DNA of 30,091 nucleotides from Chlamydiales bacterium (GTDB lineage Bacteria; Chlamydiota; Chlamydiia; Chlamydiales; JBDQID01): assembly GCA_047611865.1 (NCBI GenBank), contig JBLFWS010000024.1, positions 1 through 30,091 on the forward strand, written 5' to 3'. The notes beneath the pieces were generated by a model. The model worked only from the letters and a program-made list of their open reading frames with translations, had not been told where the DNA came from and ran no database searches. Every line of letters begins with the position of its first letter. Position 1 is the stretch's first letter. A program made the position numbers and the translations under genes. Of this stretch, positions 1-7,888 are shown piece by piece.

Positions 1-611
1 CTACTGCCCTTTTTTAAGCGGTAGCTGGAAGTTAGTTTTTTAATTTGGCTGTCTGAATCTTCAGGGTCGGAGTAGCCATAGCGTGCATAGATGGGGAAGC
101 CATCTGCAGCGTAGCCGATAAGAGGGGAGTGTAGAGAAGAGCTGATTAATCCTGCGGGTAGTCCGTGGTAATGATAGGAACCACCGGGCTGAACATGGGC
201 ATTATTTTCATCCATGCCTAAATCAATTTTTCCTGAAAGAGCTTCGTATTGCCAGCCTGAATTTCTATCTCTATTCCAGAATTCGGCAGCACCCGGATCA
301 AAGGGGATGCCATTGATAGCTACACCAAATGGGTGCATCTCCAGTTTACTTATGTTCTTCCTTAATACGGGATGTAAGGGGACACGATATTGATGCTTTT
401 GTTCCTGGATAGTATTGGGGTTTCTACGGTTGGGAAATTGACCTGTATAATGATCGGGGATGCCATTTGATTGGATGTACCTGTATTGACCGTCGTCTGT
501 AATGCTCACTTTATTCTGATTAGGGTTCCAGTCAACTGGAGCCTTTGACATGGCCGAAGCGGGAGCAAAAGAAAAAATTATGACGGCAAATGTAATGAGA
601 GTCTTCTTCAT
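1..611 (-). CDS. Secreted YHYH-domain protein (3' end runs off the window)
   Basis: Not in the ORF track, translated by hand. ATG at 611 follows an AAGGA SD. Signal-peptide-like MKKTLITFAVIIFSFAPASA, then SNGIPDH, GVAINGIPFDP, NAHVQPGGSYHYHG and SPLIGYAADGFPIY, all characteristic of YHYH proteins. Confidence 0.9.
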   Translation of the reverse strand, partial: MKKTLITFAVIIFSFAPASAMSKAPVDWNPNQNKVSITDDGQYRYIQSNGIPDHYTGQFPNRRNPNTIQEQKHQYRVPLHPVLRKNISKLEMHPFGVAINGIPFDPGAAEFWNRDRNSGWQYEALSGKIDLGMDENNAHVQPGGSYHYHGLPAGLISSSLHSPLIGYAADGFPIYARYGYSDPEDSDSQIKKLTSSYRLKKGS

Positions 612-740
612 CACAGTATTCCTTTGTGAGGAACGGGTAGTCCATGGCAAGTGTAAATGAATAATTTTATTTCGTCCATTCTCCATTCACTAAAACCCGA
701 ATTGAGACTTGTTTCTCGACAGCGAATTTTTTATCAAGAT

Positions 741-768
741 AAGCAGGATGATCCTGTTCATCCTGTTT
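741..768. repeat. Short palindrome with ATCCTGTTCATCCTGT submotif
   Basis: AAGCAGGATGA (741-751) pairs with TCATCCTGTTT (758-768); internal ATCCTGTT tandem. Confidence 0.5.
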
Positions 769-836
769 GCAATTTATTTAATGCGATGATTTGAGAAAAG
801 AATACTAAGTTGAAAGCATTGACAGTGCTGATAGCA

Positions 837-870
837 CAGATAGAGCACATTTTATTCATGTGTCTATCTG
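837..870 (-). terminator. Hairpin just downstream of the HAD hydrolase, possible terminator
   Basis: CAGATAGA-g-CACAT pairs with ATGTG-TCTATCTG. It lies 12 nt after the stop codon and has no clear U-tract. Confidence 0.35.
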
Positions 871-882
871 CGGGTGAAGAAT

Positions 883-1593
883 TTAAGCGGAAACGAGTTC
901 TCTTTGAAGAATGAGAGCTAGTTCATTTACACTGTCTATCACATATTTGGGAGTGGGAAGGCTGGATTTTGGGAGAGGGCGCTTGTTTGTAACAAAACAG
1001 AAGTCAATTCCTGCGTTAATAGCTCCCTGGTAATCACTAGAATATGAGTCGCCTATCATCAGAACTTTGGACTTTGAGAGATTCATTTCTGAAAGGGCGA
1101 GATCAAATATTTCCTTTTTAGGCTTCGAGATTCCCACCGCTTCTGAAATGATGAAACTTTCGAAAAATTCATCCAGATTCATGTTCTTCTTTTTGTTTTC
1201 CTGGATAGACTTAAATCCGTTAGTAATGATTCCCAAACGATGGCTTCCTTTAAGAGAACGGACGCTATCCTCGACGCCAGGAAACCATGAGACGTATTTT
1301 GCCAGAGAACTCTCATATTCTTTGGCTATTTGAGTGGGATCAAGCTTTACCGCTAGGCTGATACATAAGTACTTGAAGCGTTGGAACCCTACCATGCTGA
1401 TCGGCATACGGTCTTCTTCCACAGCGTCCCAACAGAGACGGTTAACAAAGTGATATTCATTTTCGAAGTGTATTTTATCTGTGACTATATCCTGGAAAAA
1501 CATTCCATAGACATGGTCTAAAGATTTTTTTTCCGAGTCAGTAAAATCTACTAAGGTATCATCAAGATCAAATATTAGAGCTTCGTATTCCAT
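883..1593 (-). CDS. yjjG: HAD-family hydrolase, YjjG-like noncanonical pyrimidine nucleotidase
   Basis: Motif I FDLDDTL, ITNG, KP, and GDSYSSDYQGA. Confidence 0.8.
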   Translation of the reverse strand: MEYEALIFDLDDTLVDFTDSEKKSLDHVYGMFFQDIVTDKIHFENEYHFVNRLCWDAVEEDRMPISMVGFQRFKYLCISLAVKLDPTQIAKEYESSLAKYVSWFPGVEDSVRSLKGSHRLGIITNGFKSIQENKKKNMNLDEFFESFIISEAVGISKPKKEIFDLALSEMNLSKSKVLMIGDSYSSDYQGAINAGIDFCFVTNKRPLPKSSLPTPKYVIDSVNELALILQRELVSA

Positions 1594-1949
1594 TTCAAGT
1601 AAGTTCCTTTAGATTCATTAACAGGGTATTTCTTTTCATTTTTTTTTGACTTATCCCAGAAAGCTTGCTCCAGGTCTATATCCAGTAGATCCGCAAGTCG
1701 TGTCAGGTAGGCTACAACATCACCCATCTCGTCTTTTATTTCCTGAAATTTTGTCTCGTGATTTTTGATTTCAAAAGATTCATCGTCGGTTAACCATTGG
1801 AAATGTTCACTGAGCTCACTGGCTTCTTTAACGAGAGCCATTGAGACATTTTTTGGGGTATGGTATTTATCCCATTCTCTTTCTTTCACAAATTGACGTT
1901 GAAATTCCTGGATACTTGTAACGTCAATTGATCCTGCTTTTGCATTCAT
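1575..1949 (-). CDS. MazG-like nucleotide pyrophosphohydrolase (dCTP pyrophosphatase-like)
   Basis: EREWDKYHTPKNVSMALVKEASELSEHFQW, DEMGDV and KNEKKYP motifs. Overlaps the HAD gene by 19 nt. Confidence 0.9.
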   Translation of the reverse strand: MNAKAGSIDVTSIQEFQRQFVKEREWDKYHTPKNVSMALVKEASELSEHFQWLTDDESFEIKNHETKFQEIKDEMGDVVAYLTRLADLLDIDLEQAFWDKSKKNEKKYPVNESKGTYLKWNTKL

Positions 1950-2108
1950 GAAAAAAACTCCCTCTGCTCATCTTAATTGAAAGAAGAATATACTCTTTGT
2001 TTAGTTATAAAGAGAAGAGAAAATTGTTGACCGTAATATACTATGAAAACTAGCATGGTCATTTTGATATAGAATTTAATTAATTTCTTTGCTGTTTTAC
2101 GGCAGGTT

Positions 2109-2141
2109 CTAATCCCTAATCCCTAATCCCTAATCCCTAAT
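2109..2141 (+). repeat. Heptamer tandem repeat (CTAATCC) x4.7
   Basis: ctaatcc ctaatcc ctaatcc ctaatcc ctaat, ending 19 nt upstream of the ATG at 2161. Confidence 0.95.
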
Positions 2142-2160
2142 ATATAAGGTGTAAATTCAT

Positions 2161-2685
2161 ATGTGTTTTTCATTTTTGTTCCCTTGTTGTCAAGATCCTA
2201 ATCGCCTTATAGACTCAGATCTTGGTGAAGAAAAATTTGCGAGCCCTAAAAGTACAGAAATGGAAAAGCGTGAAGCCGTAGACAAAAAAATTACGGTTGA
2301 AGGCAGAAATAGACTTGAAACAACAGTCGCGACTCCTGAGCAAGGCTCCAGAGGGAGTAGTTCTGTGGGTTTTTCTAATAATTTTACGATTCCTGTTTCT
2401 ATGAAAGATATGAATAGAATGGACGGTCTTCCATCCAGTTTTTTGCGGAAAAAGGAACTAGCTGCCCCGCCTTCTAGTCCTGTGGGTTCTTCAGATGAGG
2501 TCCGATTGGCACAGATATCCTCCCGGAAAATAGAAAACTTAAATCTTTTGCATGCTATATCCCATCATAGTTTTAAATCGAGCTCCGCTATTACTGAGGA
2601 AGTGGGTGAAGTTTTAAGAGGTGTTGCCATGGAAGCATCCCTTAATGGAGAAATTGAGGGATGGGTAGACGTGTCTCAAGAATAA
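2161..2685 (+). CDS. Hypothetical Ser-rich, probably disordered protein
   Basis: 174-aa ORF filling the intergenic gap. AAGGTG SD before the ATG. No recognisable domain. Confidence 0.65.
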   Translation: MCFSFLFPCCQDPNRLIDSDLGEEKFASPKSTEMEKREAVDKKITVEGRNRLETTVATPEQGSRGSSSVGFSNNFTIPVSMKDMNRMDGLPSSFLRKKELAAPPSSPVGSSDEVRLAQISSRKIENLNLLHAISHHSFKSSSAITEEVGEVLRGVAMEASLNGEIEGWVDVSQE

Positions 2686-2745
2686 GCTTGTTTTAGAGAA
2701 AAGTATAGAATAAATGAATTCAAATAGATGGCCTGGAGAACTTAT

Positions 2746-3942
2746 ATGACAAAGATTGGAACCCCTCTTTCACCGACCGCTACTACTGTGTTGCTATGTG
2801 GGGCTGGTGAGCTAGGCAAAGAAGTCGCGATTGAGCTGCAGCGCCTTGGAGTAGAAGTTGTTGCAATTGATAGGTATCCTTACGCTCCAGCTATGCAAGT
2901 GGCTCACCGATCCCATGTGGTTTCTATGCTTGATGGGTCAGAGTTGCGCCGGGTCATTGAAGAAGAAAAACCGGATTTAATCGTTCCTGAAATTGAAGCG
3001 ATAAATACTGAGGTTCTAAAAGAACTTGAAGAGGAGGGCTATCGTGTGGTCCCCTCTGCCAAAGCTACGAATATCACGATGAACAGGGAAAATATTCGCA
3101 AGCTGGCATCAGAAGAGCTTGGGCTGAAGACTTCGCCGTATACGTTTGTCTCCGATAAGGACACATTCATTGATGCTGTGCAGTCCATAGGGATGCCCTG
3201 TGTAGTAAAACCTATCATGAGCTCCTCGGGAAAGGGGCAGAGTGTAGTTCGTTCTTTGGCGGATCTTGATTCTGCCTGGGAACTTGCTCAAACTGGAGGC
3301 AGAACTGGAGAGGGAAAGCTTATTATAGAAGGCTTTGTAGAATTTGATTACGAAATCACTCTTTTGACAGTTCGTCATTCTGATGGAAAGGGAGGTACGA
3401 CCACAAGCTTTTGTGAACCTATCGGCCACCGCCAGGAGGGTGGAGACTACAAGGAGTCCTGGCAACCTCACCCCATGAGTCCCGAGCTTTTAGTGAAGTC
3501 TCAGGAGATGGCTATAGAAATTACTGAGGCACTAGGAGGATGGGGGGTCTTTGGCGTGGAACTCTTTATAAATGGTGATGAGGTTTTCTTTAGTGAAGTC
3601 TCTCCGCGACCTCATGATACAGGGATGGTGACGATGATTTCTCAGAATCTCTCAGAGTTTGCTCTACATGCTTTAGCAATTCTTGGGTTTCCTATACCCT
3701 CAATACGTCAGCTAGGCCCTTCAGCATCATCTGTTATAATGGCGGAAGGGGAGTCGAATCAAGTGGTCTTTGCGAATCTTGCCGAAGCTATGTCGCTTCC
3801 GGATACTCAGCTACGCCTTTTCGGGAAACCTGAAGTAAAAGGACAGCGGAGAATGGGAGTTACCCTGGCATTGGGTGCGACGTTGGAAGAAGGACGAGAA
3901 AAGGCCAGTGCAGCCTCTTCTCAAGTCATCATTAATTTGTAG
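2746..3942 (+). CDS. purT: Formate-dependent phosphoribosylglycinamide formyltransferase
   Basis: [46 protein letters not shown] and RRMGV motifs. Start moved to ATG 2746, which follows GGAGA. Confidence 0.97.
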   Translation: MTKIGTPLSPTATTVLLCGAGELGKEVAIELQRLGVEVVAIDRYPYAPAMQVAHRSHVVSMLDGSELRRVIEEEKPDLIVPEIEAINTEVLKELEEEGYRVVPSAKATNITMNRENIRKLASEELGLKTSPYTFVSDKDTFIDAVQSIGMPCVVKPIMSSSGKGQSVVRSLADLDSAWELAQTGGRTGEGKLIIEGFVEFDYEITLLTVRHSDGKGGTTTSFCEPIGHRQEGGDYKESWQPHPMSPELLVKSQEMAIEITEALGGWGVFGVELFINGDEVFFSEVSPRPHDTGMVTMISQNLSEFALHALAILGFPIPSIRQLGPSASSVIMAEGESNQVVFANLAEAMSLPDTQLRLFGKPEVKGQRRMGVTLALGATLEEGREKASAASSQVIINL

Positions 3943-3945
3943 TTT

Positions 3946-4320
3946 TTAGAAGTATTTTTCGATGTTTTTTTCGAGGTGAAATGAACAGACATTAGGGATG
4001 AGTATTCTTAGAATGGGGGTAAGGTAAGCTCTTTCTCTATTTCGAAGTCTCAGATCGCGAACTTTGTTACTTAAAACTTCTGGTGTTAATGAGGCTTTGT
4101 TTTCTACAACTACTCGAGTAAAGCATCGGTCGCAGTCATCCCCTTGAAAAATTGTGTTTGAGCAGTCGAGGCATCTTACAGTCCGGCGTAGTAGCGGGTG
4201 ATTATCTGGGAGTTCAACGGGCTCAAATGGGAGACTCTCTTCGTATCTTAGATGGGAGTCAGTAACTATTAATAGTTGTGGGTTAATATGGGGAAATTGA
4301 TATAAAGGTGTGAGTGACAT
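3946..4320 (-). CDS. Hypothetical protein with CxxC-x9-CxxC zinc-ribbon-like motif
   Basis: CLDCSNTIFQGDDCDRC. ATG 4320 is preceded by AAGGA; the ORF track starts at 4365. Confidence 0.55.
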   Translation of the reverse strand: MSLTPLYQFPHINPQLLIVTDSHLRYEESLPFEPVELPDNHPLLRRTVRCLDCSNTIFQGDDCDRCFTRVVVENKASLTPEVLSNKVRDLRLRNRERAYLTPILRILIPNVCSFHLEKNIEKYF

Positions 4321-4433
4321 TGAAATCCTTACTATCATTAAATTAAATTTACGGTTAATTTTCATCTAATACTCTTATAGCACATTAATGTTATTAATGG
4401 TTGGTTAAGATTGTTCATGTTGTAGTTGTTATA

Positions 4434-4643
4434 GGCGTTGTTGCATAACTTAATACGTTTACAATTATTTATTTAACCACAGAGAGCACCGAGAACACAG
4501 AGAGATAGAAAAATGCATAAAGTTTCTCAGAATATGCTATCAACTGATCTGTGATTTTTTATTTTCTCTGTGCCCTCTGTGATCTCGGTGGTAAAATTTT
4601 AATTATAAGCCTCTTGTAGACGCATGTTTTATGCGACAACGCC
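4434..4643. repeat. Nested inverted-repeat element
   Basis: Outer imperfect IR 4434-4464 / 4614-4643 (GGCGTTGTTGCATAA.. / ..TTATGCGACAACGCC). Inner IR 4474-4505 / 4565-4594 (ACCACAGAGAGCACCGAGAACACAGAGA / TCTCTGTGCCCTCTGTGATCTCGGTGGT). Confidence 0.85.
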
Positions 4644-4752
4644 GTTATTATATTTTCATGCCTCTGTCTTCCGGAAGTCAAAATCTCCCATTACAAAAAA
4701 GAATTTATCAGCTATCCTTATGGAAATTTTTTAGATTTTTTTTGAGGGAATA

Positions 4753-6093
4753 ATGTCTGAGAGCCATTTAGATCGTTCTCTGGGTCCGGTAATGTTATGG
4801 GGCTTAGGGGTAGGGTATGTTATTTCGGGGATGTATTTTGGGTGGAACCTTGGCTTGGCAGAGGGGGGAACTCTTGGTTTGGCAATAGCCACATTTTTTG
4901 TGGCCTTAATGTACCTGACCTTTACTTTCAGTTATACCGAGCTTGCCTGCGCTATGCCACAGGCCGGGGGGGCTTATACATACGCCTCTAGAGCATTCGG
5001 CCCATTGGGAGGTTTCATTGGAGGGATGAGCCAAATTGTGGAGTTCGTTTTTGCACCTCCTGCAATCGCTGCAGCCATTGGGGCATATTTTAACTTGTTT
5101 TTTCCCGGTGTTCCGATCCTGTTGATAGCCATTGTGGCTTATGCTATCTTTACCCTACTCAATATTTATGGAGTGAAAGCAGCGGCTTCCTTTGAGCTAT
5201 GGATTACCATTTTGGCAGTAGGAGAATTGCTTTTGTTTTCGGGGCTTACTCTCCCTCACTTTGAATGGGAAAATCTGACGAGGAATCCTTTGCCAAATGG
5301 ATGGGGAGGAGTATTTGCAGCTGTTCCCTTTGCTATTTGGTTTTTTTTGGCTATTGAAGGAGTTGCAAATGTAGCTGAAGAAACGGTGAACCCACAAAAG
5401 AATATGGTGAAAGGATTCGGATCTGCGATGATAACTCTGTTGATTTTGTGCGGCTTGACTTTCTTTTCTTCTGTTGGTGTCGGTGGCTGGGAAAGCATCG
5501 TATATTCTGAAGTGGGTGGTGAAATCTCTGATTCACCTCTTCCTCTAGCTTTGGGGCAGATTGTTGCTCAGGACGACCCTATGTTTCACCTGCTCATTAC
5601 AGTGGGGCTCTTTGGCTTGATTGCTTCCTTCCACGGTATCATTCTAGTAGCCGGAAGGGCTACTTTTGAGTTCGGAAGGCAGGGTTGTTTCCCTAAAGCC
5701 GTAGGTAAGATTCATGAACGTTTTAAGACACCAGCCCTTGCTTTACTCATGAATATGGCAATTGGAATAGTTGCTTTACTGACCGGAAGAACAGGGGAGA
5801 TAATTATAATAGCCTGTTTTGGAGCCTTAAGCCTCTATATCATTTCGATGCTGGCACTTTTCAAGTTGAGAAAGACTCATCCGGAAATGGAGCGCCCTTT
5901 TAAAGCTCCCTTTTATCCTTATTCTCCAGCTATAGCTTTGTTTCTTGCGGTGATAGCTTTGATAAGTATGACAATATATCACTTTAGTTTAGCTCTTTTT
6001 TATTATCTTTTCATGGCTGTTGCTGTAGTTAGCTTCAAATTATTTGTAAAGGGTGAATCGGAAGATATGAAAGAGAGAAGAGAGGTGGTTTAG
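4753..6093 (+). CDS. eat: Ethanolamine permease (APC superfamily)
   Basis: LWGLGVGYVISGMYFGWNLGL, PFAIWFFLAIEG and GLIASFHGII motifs; about 12 hydrophobic segments. Confidence 0.88.
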   Translation: MSESHLDRSLGPVMLWGLGVGYVISGMYFGWNLGLAEGGTLGLAIATFFVALMYLTFTFSYTELACAMPQAGGAYTYASRAFGPLGGFIGGMSQIVEFVFAPPAIAAAIGAYFNLFFPGVPILLIAIVAYAIFTLLNIYGVKAAASFELWITILAVGELLLFSGLTLPHFEWENLTRNPLPNGWGGVFAAVPFAIWFFLAIEGVANVAEETVNPQKNMVKGFGSAMITLLILCGLTFFSSVGVGGWESIVYSEVGGEISDSPLPLALGQIVAQDDPMFHLLITVGLFGLIASFHGIILVAGRATFEFGRQGCFPKAVGKIHERFKTPALALLMNMAIGIVALLTGRTGEIIIIACFGALSLYIISMLALFKLRKTHPEMERPFKAPFYPYSPAIALFLAVIALISMTIYHFSLALFYYLFMAVAVVSFKLFVKGESEDMKERREVV

Positions 6094-6254
6094 GAATCGT
6101 TAGAAAATAAGTTGATCGATTTGAACGTATATTGTGCATCAGGTGTGGTCTTGTAAATTCGCAGCCGAGGTGAGCATCTCAGCAAGAATTTGAAAGAACA
6201 CAGATGGCGTGCAAGATACTTTCAAATCGATCAACTTATTTTTTAACGATTCCT
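6092..6254. repeat. ~163-bp imperfect palindrome, MITE-like or palindromic element
   Basis: AGGAATCGTTAGAAAATAAGTTGATCGATTTGAA matches the reverse complement of TTCAAATCGATCAACTTATTTTTTAACGATTCCT with 1 mismatch. Imperfect pairing continues to the centre near 6173. Confidence 0.9.
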
Positions 6255-6356
6255 TGACTGGGGTTGGGTCACTATCTTCCTTGCCAAGTTCTTAGCTCTT
6301 TGTTATATAAAAAAACAAAATATAGTTTCCCTAACCTTCTTTTTAAGGAGAACTAG

Positions 6357-7388
6357 ATGTACGTTTCAAGTAGACGAAAGAAGTTGTCGCCACTTATTTT
6401 TATAATTCCTCTATTGATTCTAATATCTATGGTGACCTTCTATTTTTTTAGTGATCCTACCGTGACAAAAAAAGAATACGCTTTGGCCATTCATGGCGGT
6501 GCGGGAACGGTTCCTCTAAATTTGTCTGAAAAAAACAAGCAGGAATATCTCTCTACACTGGACCAAGCCCTTCAAATTGGAGAGGAAATACTACAAAATG
6601 GTGGGACAGCAGTCGACGCAGTAGAAAAAGTAGTGGTATTTTTGGAAGACGATCCAAAGTTTAATGCAGGTAAGGGGGCTTCTTTTAACAGTCAAGGGAT
6701 TCATGAATTAGATGCCTCTATAATGGATGGTTCTAATTTAAAAAACGGAGCTGTGATAGCTACTAGGACGGTTAAGAATCCAATCGTTTTAAGCAGACTG
6801 ATAATGGAAAGATCCAACCATACTCTTTTTTATTCAGAAGGGGCAGAGTTGTTGGCAGACGATTGGGGAGTTGATAGAGTTTCTGAAGAGTATTTTTATT
6901 CCGAACTAAGGTATGACCAATGGAAAGATGCCAAAAAAACCGAGACTGTACAATCTGATCATTCGGTAAACGCCGATGGGAAGTTTGGTACCGTGGGTTG
7001 TGTAGCCCTTGACAAGCATGGAAATCTTGCTGCGGCAACTTCTACAGGTGGTCTGACGAATAAAAAATCAGGTAGGGTAGGGGATTCTCCTATAATCGGA
7101 GCAGGCACCTATGCCGATAATAAAACATGTGCTGTTTCTTGTACGGGAAATGGGGAAGAGTTTATTCGGCATGTGGCAGCTTTTCAAGTTTCTTCTATCA
7201 TGGAATATACGGGCGTCTCTCTTGAAGTTGCTGTTCAAAGAGTTATAGGAGAAAAGATGAAACCAGGTACGGGTGGAGCTATCGCTATTAGCCGTGATGG
7301 AGAAGTGGTGATGTCATTTAATACAAATGGCATGTTTCGAGGGGCTACTGACTCTACGGGTTGGAGAGAGCTAGGGATCTGGAGATAA
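6357..7388 (+). CDS. iaaA: Isoaspartyl peptidase / plant-type L-asparaginase (Ntn hydrolase) with N-terminal membrane anchor
   Basis: AIHGGAG, FNAGKG, ELDASIMDG, nucleophile GTVG, ATSTGG, GRVGDSP and CTGNGE motifs. Confidence 0.93.
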   Translation: MYVSSRRKKLSPLIFIIPLLILISMVTFYFFSDPTVTKKEYALAIHGGAGTVPLNLSEKNKQEYLSTLDQALQIGEEILQNGGTAVDAVEKVVVFLEDDPKFNAGKGASFNSQGIHELDASIMDGSNLKNGAVIATRTVKNPIVLSRLIMERSNHTLFYSEGAELLADDWGVDRVSEEYFYSELRYDQWKDAKKTETVQSDHSVNADGKFGTVGCVALDKHGNLAAATSTGGLTNKKSGRVGDSPIIGAGTYADNKTCAVSCTGNGEEFIRHVAAFQVSSIMEYTGVSLEVAVQRVIGEKMKPGTGGAIAISRDGEVVMSFNTNGMFRGATDSTGWRELGIWR

Positions 7389-7490
7389 GGTTTTTTGTTA
7401 AAAAGCTTGAAAAGAAAACGCTATTAAGGCAAGAATTGTGTTTTTAGTGAAATAAAACACTATTTAATATCAAAAGAAAGCTACAAGCCA

Positions 7491-7580
7491 ATGAAAGTCA
7501 ACCAAGCTCTATCCACAATTATTCTAGTGATTATTACTATTGTGGTGGATAGCCATAACAGGGTGCGGACTTACGCGTAG
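7491..7580 (+). CDS. ilv leader peptide 1, MKVNQALSTIILVIITIVVDSHNRVRTYA
   Basis: Translated by hand. Ile/Val/Leu/Thr cluster with Leu encoded as CTA. GGTGCGG in its 3' end is complementary to the terminator left arm. Confidence 0.9.
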   Translation: MKVNQALSTIILVIITIVVDSHNRVRTYA

Positions 7581-7606
7581 GCTTAAATAGCTAAAGCAAG
7601 TTAAGT

Positions 7607-7643
7607 AAAAGCCGCACCTTAAGCAAGGTGCGGCTTTTTTTTT
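7607..7643 (+). terminator. Attenuator terminator 1 of the ilv operon
   Basis: AAAAGCCGCACCTT-aagc-AAGGTGCGGC followed by T9. Antiterminator partner GGTGCGG at 7562-7568. Confidence 0.93.
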
Positions 7644-7684
7644 GGCCAAAAGCAAAGATGGAAAAATACAAAAGAAAAGAAAAA

Positions 7685-7789
7685 ATGAAAAGTACTCTTA
7701 AGCAAATCATTCCAAGCCTAGTCATTGTGAACATTATTATTGTGATTCTAGTCGTCCTAGTGAAGGAGACGAGGTGCGGGCTGATGTGA
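7685..7789 (+). CDS. ilv leader peptide 2, MKSTLKQIIPSLVIVNIIIVILVVLVKETRCGLM
   Basis: Translated by hand. 14 of 15 consecutive residues are I/V/L, with three CTA Leu codons. Alternative in-frame ATG at 7658. Confidence 0.9.
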   Translation: MKSTLKQIIPSLVIVNIIIVILVVLVKETRCGLM

Positions 7790-7817
7790 TAGAGATACAC
7801 AGCAGTTAAGGTTTGAC

Positions 7818-7856
7818 AAGAACCGCACCTCGAAAGAAGTGCGGTTCTTTTTTTTT
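7818..7856 (+). terminator. Attenuator terminator 2 of the ilv operon
   Basis: AAGAACCGCAC..GTGCGGTTC followed by T9. Antiterminator CGAGGTGCGG (7770-7779) pairs perfectly with CCGCACCTCG (7823-7832). Confidence 0.93.
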
Positions 7857-7888
7857 ATCAAAAGCAATAGCGAAAAAGGAATCGGGGA

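Noticed and set aside
2109..2141. Telomeric repeat or eukaryotic contamination (reverse strand TTAGGGA)
   Set aside because: Fewer than five internal units, in a clearly bacterial, operonic context.
7407..7436. Candidate sigma70 promoter for the ilv leader (TTGAAA-N18-AAGAAT)
   Set aside because: Plausibly placed, but too weak a match in AT-rich DNA to call without TSS data.
7591..7800. 69-aa minus-strand ORF
   Set aside because: It is the antisense shadow of ilv leader 2 and terminator 1; the + strand attenuator explains the sequence.
7440..7888. T-box riboswitches as the explanation for the tandem terminators
   Set aside because: No T-box consensus (AAxxxGGGTGGxACCGCG) or stem I is present; leader ORFs with control codons fit attenuation.
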